Part shown: one piece after another, positions 20,001 through 26,820 of the stretch
How the letters are laid out: every line of letters starts with the position of its first letter
Numbering within the stretch: the first letter of the stretch is position 1
Virus record (IMG/VR): IMGVR_UViG_3300021295_000001
Reading direction: 5' to 3' (one strand)
DNA length: 64,000 bases
Source of the DNA: a virus
Lineage: Duplodnaviria > Caudoviricetes
Notes under the pieces: generated by a model
What the model was told of the DNA's origin: nothing
Seen by the model: the letters and a program-made list of their open reading frames with translations, nothing else
Database searches by the model: none
Position numbers and translations under genes: made by a program

Positions 20001-22414
20001 TTAGGGTTCCGTTCATCCCTAACGCCCCAGCCGTCGACGAATTGTTGGCCATGTACGGCAAAGACAACGCTTTCTACGGTTCCGTGCAGGACGTGAGGCT
20101 GGAACTGAAATTGGCCCTTGCGGAAGGCAATTACAGCCCAAGCACCCTAAAATGGATTGTCGACGATTATCAATTGAATTACGGAGGAGAGGAAGAGTTC
20201 CTCATCGCCACCGACAAATACCAATTGGTAAACGAATTGGATTGGCTTATACCCGATGAGTATTTGGAGTGGGAGCGTTCCTATGAAGAGGCTGAGGCTT
20301 CCCACAAAGACGACGGCGATGACTCAAATTCCTACTCGGCGTACTGGGACGGCGATTTCTGTCAGATAAGCAACTGGGACGAAATCCCTGGTTGGAGAAA
20401 CGGAAAGGAATACGTAACGGACCCCGCGCATTGGAAGGACGGCATGTACCTATTGTCCCCAACTGGGTACGATGGATTGGAACTTACGATTGAGCCCACG
20501 GACGTCAAGGACGCGGTCATGGTGATATCGTCGTATTACGGACCTGATTTTTTGGCCGACGTTTCACTTGACCTGATGGATGCCGTGAGAAGCGGGGAGT
20601 ATGACGCCAAAAAAGTTGCCGAGGACCTAGGAATGTCCAAGGAAGCGACGGATGCGCTCATAAAATACTCAAAAGAAAAGCACGAGGGTTTGGAACTCAC
20701 CGAAGCAAAGGCGGACCAAGACGCCTTCGTCGACAAATTCGGTCAGGACCTTTTCGACCTGTTCCAGAAATCCAAGGACAGGCTAAAGAACGCCAAGGTC
20801 TCAACCGACATGACTTGGCACGTTAAGAACACGGACCCCAAGGACATGAGGCAGATGCTATACAACCTACGCTCCAAGTCTGTGAAGACTGACGGGGAAG
20901 GCAAGGCGGACCTCACCAAGATACCAGGGAAATACAAATACCTTGGCTCAAAGGGCGGTTATGACGTATACGAGCCTTTGGACGTGGATGCATCCATGGC
21001 GCTCGGCGTGGGCTCTGGTTGGTGCACCACTGGAAGGTACGGGCACGCTGGGGACCTCAATTTCAAACCGTCGCGCGAAGACGCCGAGGAGCATTGGGAC
21101 GAGTATGAGGAAAAGGGGATAAGTTTATTCTACTTCCTGCGAGACGGCGTGGCGAAATACGCGATTGCACTTCACCCAATTACGTATGAAATAAACCAAT
21201 GGATAGGGAAAGATTATCTTCGCAAAACCAACGTCGAGGTATTCAATCAGAATGACGAACAAGATTATGATGCCCTGAAATACCTGCCTTTGGACATCCT
21301 CGACGACGACATCGTTTTCGATGTGGACGAGCACGAGGATGGCTTGGCTTTGTCCGAGGATGGAAGGACCGTGCTACAGGCTAACGAAAACGTCGTCTCC
21401 GTGACCATCCCCGAGGGCGTCACCTCCATCGACGACTATGCCTTCTCTCATTGCTCCTATCTGACATCGGTAGTCATCCCTTCTTCCGTCGCATCTATTG
21501 GTGAGTCGGCATTCCTAGGTTGCTCATCCCTCGCCTCGATTGTCATTCCCTCATCCGTCACTTCCATCGGCGAAGAAGCCTTCGCGGACTGTTCATCTCT
21601 CATCTTGATTACCATCCCCTCATCGGTAACCTCCATCGGGGATTACGCCTTCGAAGGATGCCTCTCCCTTAAATCTGTGACCATCGGAAACAGGTCTTGC
21701 GAAATAGGGGAAAGTGCATTCCCCCAAAAAACGAAGATAATATACGCTGAAACAGAGTCGCTAAAGGAATCTCACGAAACGGTGTGCTACGTCCTTCCCG
21801 ACGGAAGCACCATGCACGGAACCGACCATTTCCTAATGGATTTGGAAATCGGCGACGTGGACGACGAAATGCAAAGCGAGACCGCCAAGTCGTTCGTGAG
21901 GGTGAGGCTCAATTCGTACATCAACTCCCTCACGTTCCCATCGCATGGAATCACCGACGCGCAGGAGGCCAAGGTGAGGGAACTCCTCAATGGGGCGGAC
22001 TTGGAAGGTAAGACAATAGAGGCAAACACATACGATGGCAAATGGTATCCGAGGATGAAGGCCACTGACGAAGTGGCCGACCAAGTCCTGAACTCATACA
22101 AGAGGCATCTGCTAGGCATAAGCGAATCCAGTCGGTCGGTTGACACAGCCAACCAAGGTGGTATAATAGTGTTACGCGAGGGAAACCACATGCAACACAC
22201 CAAAAGGGAATTACGCAAGATGATAGACTGCCTCAATGAGGCGGAACTCAACGAGAGGATTGACGAACTCAAGGCCAAGGTCCTGAGGATGGTCGAATCC
22301 GACAATTCGGACTATTCCGACGACGCGTTCATGCTCAATTACGCTAGGATGGTCCGCGCCAGGGACTACAGGCCCGAAACGCTAAAGGACGGGAGTTGGA
22401 TGTATGGAGAATGA
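17087..22414 (+). CDS. 1775-aa modular (polyvalent-like) protein: 3 LPDG modules, 3 WC(I/T) modules, BspA-type LRRs
   Basis: Internal repeats visible in the translation; modules delimited by IVEA, LIES/LTEY, LTEAK x3, LKES, ISES. Confidence 0.85.
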   Translation: MVDEKDFLAFTEDDVVDYAEVYDLDEGFGKGPSILMPDGTVYDLSRAFETHFGFFEVVFQGLHDSILDEYPGDTDVEYEGYLSYDQEKIMYRAEAELGIITLNVGLTYKEPRAKVVILSKPTEAQYGALTDFLDYVQQKGKKSVLFFMGDKIDYVEYQFGEDQGTDEIIDKVRRYFATGKIVEAQSADGMAYDDVIKAIEGSGLFPITADADETGFILPDGRFLNTADNEYGMPWHMAVEDFLGDKGLANEKARERSSENDSGDGSPTIEAFGAIRVSDGEEYICLPPVRPTEQAFSALEGWLAKMHDEHSLQRVYACNYEGNQDAFYDIVPGEEKEIVGKLRRYYSSNRLIESPKTLNLTEYFEEEDGPCFVTNEAKELADYLKRKINEGHGSYRIVHFYDQDVYAVASSYSMVHYWLDYNTRKQMYVDGNEFGARLMAYPIGASDDDNVDYYDCENKVYEFGDCGIKVAVIGDFPEDFEKTTLCKALGPITRKYEFEKDDSDKYESMRLPHATDLGKPKESHDKQNELTEAKDDELKFKDWLDSAYEAVGYQWSDPMLDISYEMRSADSCFDEFQDYRRRNKGRQTDYYYWMGQEPSMFFSFLARSIRKKSSKANVKKEAEAGAESVYDGKFWRVYKINTYEASCHYGKGTTWCISEYDDDYWDEYAEKGITFYFLLPKDGKKYMKYAIGIDRNGHVQMIFDQEDCNVEGVPNVPDIPELREVRDAMGLDFHVYFNMDEEFSTYDNFRDAWYAGVNWPEMLWFLSEDEEEIKRIMHDDLRMDDVEVVESLTEAKADVDKFKAWLADGIRGSNFSEPNADEVAKGYADFFVANKNRLKSPQNDFYYWMKKPFGEFVSFISDLKRKDDEKSLSKSKEDEGSKLVYEDEDWFVYEITNYEASKKYGANTKWCISGSKRWNNGENGRKFFDEYASKGIRFFFFIDRKGGRKYAFTAYPEALGDDAYEIYNDMDVRVPFIPNAPAVDELLAMYGKDNAFYGSVQDVRLELKLALAEGNYSPSTLKWIVDDYQLNYGGEEEFLIATDKYQLVNELDWLIPDEYLEWERSYEEAEASHKDDGDDSNSYSAYWDGDFCQISNWDEIPGWRNGKEYVTDPAHWKDGMYLLSPTGYDGLELTIEPTDVKDAVMVISSYYGPDFLADVSLDLMDAVRSGEYDAKKVAEDLGMSKEATDALIKYSKEKHEGLELTEAKADQDAFVDKFGQDLFDLFQKSKDRLKNAKVSTDMTWHVKNTDPKDMRQMLYNLRSKSVKTDGEGKADLTKIPGKYKYLGSKGGYDVYEPLDVDASMALGVGSGWCTTGRYGHAGDLNFKPSREDAEEHWDEYEEKGISLFYFLRDGVAKYAIALHPITYEINQWIGKDYLRKTNVEVFNQNDEQDYDALKYLPLDILDDDIVFDVDEHEDGLALSEDGRTVLQANENVVSVTIPEGVTSIDDYAFSHCSYLTSVVIPSSVASIGESAFLGCSSLASIVIPSSVTSIGEEAFADCSSLILITIPSSVTSIGDYAFEGCLSLKSVTIGNRSCEIGESAFPQKTKIIYAETESLKESHETVCYVLPDGSTMHGTDHFLMDLEIGDVDDEMQSETAKSFVRVRLNSYINSLTFPSHGITDAQEAKVRELLNGADLEGKTIEANTYDGKWYPRMKATDEVADQVLNSYKRHLLGISESSRSVDTANQGGIIVLREGNHMQHTKRELRKMIDCLNEAELNERIDELKAKVLRMVESDNSDYSDDAFMLNYARMVRARDYRPETLKDGSWMYGE
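21392..21724 (+). repeat. BspA/LRR_5 leucine-rich repeats (23-aa unit, 4-5 copies)
   Basis: IPSSVTSIGxxAFxxCSSL repeats. Confidence 0.9.
22140..22167 (+). promoter_or_regulatory. consensus sigma70 promoter inside the 3' end of the giant ORF
   Basis: TTGACA-16 nt-(TGG)TATAAT followed by GAGGG SD and in-frame ATG at 22190. Confidence 0.7.
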
Positions 22415-24407
22415 GATGAATAACCCCTTCCCGAAGGAATGGCAATTGTGGAAGATAGTCGTGCCCAACGAGCATAAGGACGACCCAGAGGACCCGAAGC
22501 GCAGGCCAGTCATACTGACCGAGACGTGGGTCGACGAAGGGGAGGACGACGAGAACCTCGACGAATACTACCCCAGTTTCGCCGTCGGGACCACGCAGGT
22601 CGAGCGCTACCAATACGAGCCAGACACGTTCGTTTTCGACGCCCCCGAGCAGTTGGAGGCGTACAAACTTTCCAAACCCACCATATTCAGATTCGGGAAG
22701 TCCGAGGGAAAATTCACCGAGGACCTCACTCTCAAGGATTTCATCGAGAAGGGTGAATACGTCGCCGACATCACGCCAGAGGACAAGGCCCGCATAAAGA
22801 GGTCCCTTAACAACAAGGTGGGACGCTCCACCCTTTTGCACGACGGGCTCCTGAAGGAATCCGCCGTCACCGACGATTCCATCGACTACCTTAGGGATTG
22901 GTTGCAATTGGGCAAGGAACCCCACATGAAGGGATTCGACGCCGACGCCAAGAAGGCGTTCATCGTGTTCCCGACAGGGGTGGACGTCGAGGACCTAAAG
23001 TCCAAAAGCGGAATCGGAACTTGGCTCGACGAGCACGGTTTCGATTGGAAGGCCGAGAAGACCGACTACACCTACAAAACGGTCGGGTCCTTCAACACGA
23101 GGACCATGAGCAAATCTGGCGCTGGTCGCGACAGGACGCTCAAGGACAGGGTCAGGCTCGACGTATCTTGGGGCGACGACGGCCTCAACGAGGACATCGA
23201 GGTCCACGACGAACTCAATCCGAAACTCTTCGACGGGGACGAACTCAAACCAGAGGTCAAGGAAGCCGTCAGGAACATCGCCGACGCGTTCATGGAAGGG
23301 TTGGCCGAGGATGGCATAAAGTTCAACCTCAAGGACATCGTCCTCATCGGCTCCAACGTGAACTACAACTACAACAAGGACAGCGATTTGGACATCCACC
23401 TAATCGCCGATTCGTCTGGATTGGAATGCCCAGACGAACTGTACCCGCTCCTATATTCCGCCTACCGTAGCATCTTCAACAAGAACTACGAGATAACCAT
23501 CAAGGGAATCCCCGCCGAGATTTACGTGGAGATGGACGAACCGCAGGGAAGGTCCAACGGCGTATACTCAATCAACGACGGTTGGGTCAAGAAGCCCGAG
23601 CGCAGGGAAATCCCCGAAATAGACATGGAGGCATTCGAAAAACTCTTCTCCGAGTGGGAGGACAGGTACTTCGAGGTCAAGAAGGAGGCCGAGGAGGAAC
23701 TCGCTTCGCGCGAGCATCCGCTCGACGAGTCCTTGATAACCGAGGGAACAACGTCGGCCGACGTCTACGACTTCGTGGAGGACGTATACGACCTGCGTAA
23801 GGAATCCATCGCCAAGGACGGCGAGTTCGGATTGGGCAACCTCGTTTTCAAGCAGATGCGCGCCCTCGGTTACCTCGACGAACTGAAGGAACTTATAAGG
23901 CAACTTAAGTCGAAGGAACTGTCGCTAGAGAACCTAAGCGAATCGGCCGAGGGGAAATCCGAAGTCGAGGAACTGTTCTGGAACATCAGGGACGAGGACG
24001 ACAAGGTAGCGGTCGCAATCCTCGACAAGCACAACGGGAAGAACATAATGTACGACGCGAAGAAGGACAAGATAGTGCCCGTTCCCAAATCCAAAACCAA
24101 GAACCGCTTCGCCGTCACAAGGGAGCAACTGAGGGACGGCGTGTTGGCCTCAGAGGAGGAGATGCGCTCGTTCATGAAGGAAGTCGGAGGCGACGAAATC
24201 GTGTTCTACGCCGACAGGGACAACCTTTGGGGCGGTGAGTACAGCGTCATAACCAAAGACGAGGAAAAGGCCCGCAAAGCCTGCGCGAAATACAATCAGG
24301 ACGGATACGCCGTCTTCAATTCGAAGGGCGATTACGAGATGTCCCGCGACAGAAACGGCGAGAGAATCAGGGAGAAACCAGTTGACAAAGCCTCCGAACC
24401 CGAGTAA
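22404..24407 (+). CDS. multidomain protein with a Pol-beta-superfamily nucleotidyltransferase domain and a possible PemK-like N-terminus
   Basis: LIGSNVNYNY..DSDLDIH (GS...DxD) motif; KRRPVIL in the N-terminus; LKES, LNED, ESLITEG, LSES linkers. Confidence 0.75.
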   Translation: MENEMNNPFPKEWQLWKIVVPNEHKDDPEDPKRRPVILTETWVDEGEDDENLDEYYPSFAVGTTQVERYQYEPDTFVFDAPEQLEAYKLSKPTIFRFGKSEGKFTEDLTLKDFIEKGEYVADITPEDKARIKRSLNNKVGRSTLLHDGLLKESAVTDDSIDYLRDWLQLGKEPHMKGFDADAKKAFIVFPTGVDVEDLKSKSGIGTWLDEHGFDWKAEKTDYTYKTVGSFNTRTMSKSGAGRDRTLKDRVRLDVSWGDDGLNEDIEVHDELNPKLFDGDELKPEVKEAVRNIADAFMEGLAEDGIKFNLKDIVLIGSNVNYNYNKDSDLDIHLIADSSGLECPDELYPLLYSAYRSIFNKNYEITIKGIPAEIYVEMDEPQGRSNGVYSINDGWVKKPERREIPEIDMEAFEKLFSEWEDRYFEVKKEAEEELASREHPLDESLITEGTTSADVYDFVEDVYDLRKESIAKDGEFGLGNLVFKQMRALGYLDELKELIRQLKSKELSLENLSESAEGKSEVEELFWNIRDEDDKVAVAILDKHNGKNIMYDAKKDKIVPVPKSKTKNRFAVTREQLRDGVLASEEEMRSFMKEVGGDEIVFYADRDNLWGGEYSVITKDEEKARKACAKYNQDGYAVFNSKGDYEMSRDRNGERIREKPVDKASEPE

Positions 24408-24433
24408 TATATAAGGGCATGGAGGAAAAACCA

Positions 24434-24748
24434 ATGGCAAAAGAAGAATTCGACGCAATCAACAACTCGCAATACAAGGAAGCAATCGCCAAGTACTTCG
24501 ATTACTCGTTCGACTTCGCCTTCCTGGACATCGTCGCCAGAATCATCGACAGGGTCGAGGACTTCTCAGACACCGAGGAAATCTACGAGGCGATGGACTC
24601 CGCGCTAATCTACACCGAGGACCAGTGGAGGGTCATGATGCATTATCAAACCCCGAGCGAGGCCGACTTCGGGACCGCCTGCGAATACCTTCTGTCTGAC
24701 GTGGAGGCCATCTGCGAGCACATCGCGGAAGCCTCCGACGAGGCCTGA
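24434..24748 (+). CDS. small acidic protein, possible Ocr-like DNA mimic
   Basis: TTGACA promoter at 24382, GGAGG SD; about a quarter of residues D/E; IYEAMDSALIYTEDQWRVM pattern. Confidence 0.6.
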   Translation: MAKEEFDAINNSQYKEAIAKYFDYSFDFAFLDIVARIIDRVEDFSDTEEIYEAMDSALIYTEDQWRVMMHYQTPSEADFGTACEYLLSDVEAICEHIAEASDEA

Positions 24749-24794
24749 TTCACGAAACCGCAAAAACGCGCGAATCGTAATGCTAAATTATAAG

Positions 24795-26025
24795 CCCCGC
24801 CCAAAAGGCGTGAAAACGGCGCCCCGCACCCAGTGTTCGGGAACGCAGTATAATAAGGGTGTCCGACGCGGATTCGTCCGCCTCGGGTCCGATTCGGATT
24901 CGTCCGATTCGGGACTGACGATGACCCAACGTCGTTAACCAGGGTCGTGACGGCGGAACCCCATCAACGGGGTCCGCACGTCGAACTGAGCGGTGCATCG
25001 CTCGAAGCGGGTCGGCCCGCGAACAAACTTGCACACCCCATCGGGAGGGTCGACTCCTTCCGTATGAACGCGGGGATATGACGGGACCCCGTAGGCGCGG
25101 TCAAAACCGCGGTTCCCAGACGGCTTCGTCTGGGAGGGGAAGGAAAACCCCGAAAACCAAAGCGCCGAGCGATAACCACGTTAGAGCCGTGGGCTCTCCG
25201 CATCCAGATACGGTACGGGGAGCGCTGGTTGTAGCGCGTCTCGGCACTCACGACCGCCACGTCGTTAAACTGCCAACGGTGGCTTCGGGTTCGATTCCCG
25301 AACCGTCCTGATAGACAATATCTGGGCGGTGAAGTATGGGCAGGTTGCCACAGTCCACCGTTAAACGTCTTGGAGGCGAGACGTTAAATCCCTTCCCGAG
25401 CAGCAAGGCACTCGTTAAAAGAGTCTTTCAGTACAGCGTGGGCAGGAGTTAGTCCCGTTCCTTATAACCGTGGAACGCACGAAAGAGGTCGCCAACATCG
25501 GCGACCGCAAGTAATGGTCGGCAATGATTCGCCGATGGGCAAAACACCCTTAATGTGCCCTCACCCTTTAACGGAACATGGATAGGCTCGGGAGGACCCG
25601 CGCGGGGCCATTGAAGGACCTTCTGGTTGAAAGGCGGACGGACCGCGCAATTAAGGTGGGTTTTCGGGAGAATAGGAACCAGCGAGAACATCCCGACGTC
25701 CTAATGTGTCAGACCAACGCGGTGCACCGCTAACCTGACCGCATTGGGACGTTAAACATCCTAACGCGACGCCCAGCAATGGGCTATGCCAAGGGACCGC
25801 ATCGCGGTGGGTATGGCCACGACGCACCGACGGACCCCGTATTCGGGGACCGACTCGGCAGTCATAATGTGTGGCCCTTGGCCCACCCAATGGCGCACGC
25901 GGTTCGGCGAGTCGCGATTCTGGGAAACGTGCGCCACAACGGTTGCTCCCCCGTGGCAGTCAACCGACAGACGGGTCCACAAAAACCCTTCGAAGGTAAG
26001 CGCCCAAAAGGCGCTTTTCCTTTTG
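24795..26025 (+). ncRNA. candidate giant structured non-coding RNA (about 1.2 kb)
   Basis: No phage-like ORF; TGCTAAATT at 24781 and terminator at 25998-26025; dense hairpins, UUCG loops, a T-arm, 5 copies of CGTTAAA. Confidence 0.7.
25998..26025 (+). terminator. intrinsic terminator
   Basis: AAGCGCC-CAAAA-GGCGCTTTTCCTTTT. Confidence 0.75.
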
Positions 26026-26070
26026 TTTGGTGCTAAATTCACTGATATTGCCCTAGGGTTATTGTTCAGC

Positions 26071-26781
26071 ATGGATTTGAAGGATTACATCTCAAACATA
26101 AAACTCGAATTGACTGGCGGTTTGCTTGAGTTGGAGATTGACGACGAAGTGATAGCGAAGGTCGTCAACCAATCGCTCAGGGAGGTCCAAAGGTACATAG
26201 ACGAATCCAGGTTCATAGAGGTACCTTTCGCCAGTTGCATCGACATCGCTGGGTTCAAATGCTCGGCGATAAAGAAGGTGTACAGGGTAAGCCCCATAGG
26301 GGGCGCGGTGTCTGGCTCGTCCAGCGCCATAGACCCGATGTACGCGCAGACGTGGGCCCTGTACGGGATAAACAACGCGACGTACAACATAACGCAATTC
26401 GCCTACAACTACGCGTCGTACAACACCGTCCTCCAAATAAGGAACTCCCTGTCGACAGACCTGGCGTTCAGGATGGACAAGCAGGGTGAGAAACTGTACG
26501 TCAACGTATCTGGCAACTACCCCGAGAGAATCGTGATTGAGTACATCCCCATATTCGAGGACGTTTCCGAGGTCAAGGACGCCTATTGGATTGACATACT
26601 CCAGAGGCTGTCCCTCGCCATGACGAAGAGGATTCTGGGCAGGGTCAGGACCAGGTTCACCCAATCCAACGCCCTTTGGCAACAGGACGGCGAGACCATG
26701 CTCGAGGAGGGCAACAGGGAACTGTCCGAGATAAGGGAGATACTGAGGACCAATTCCTCGTTGTTCTACCCGATAGATTGA
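26071..26781 (+). CDS. neck/head-tail adaptor protein (T4 gp13-like)
   Basis: IKLELTG...ELEIDD; WIDILQRLSLAMTKRILGRVR..F...DGETMLEEG pattern; position. Confidence 0.75.
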   Translation: MDLKDYISNIKLELTGGLLELEIDDEVIAKVVNQSLREVQRYIDESRFIEVPFASCIDIAGFKCSAIKKVYRVSPIGGAVSGSSSAIDPMYAQTWALYGINNATYNITQFAYNYASYNTVLQIRNSLSTDLAFRMDKQGEKLYVNVSGNYPERIVIEYIPIFEDVSEVKDAYWIDILQRLSLAMTKRILGRVRTRFTQSNALWQQDGETMLEEGNRELSEIREILRTNSSLFYPID

Positions 26782-26820
26782 CGCGATATAATAATAAATA
26801 ATAATAAAAGGAGTCGCAAA

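Noticed and set aside
25205-25310. Canonical tRNA, tRNA-Sec or tmRNA
   Set aside because: No proper 7-bp acceptor stem, anticodon arm, CCA end or recognisable tag reading frame.
24795-26025. CRISPR array or type III antitoxin tandem array
   Set aside because: The repeats are only 7 nt, irregularly spaced, with no repeat-spacer periodicity.
25786-26070. N-terminal extension of the neck protein and other short ORFs in 24783-26072
   Set aside because: Atypical composition, no SD, and the extension crosses a terminator and a promoter; the real start is probably 26071.
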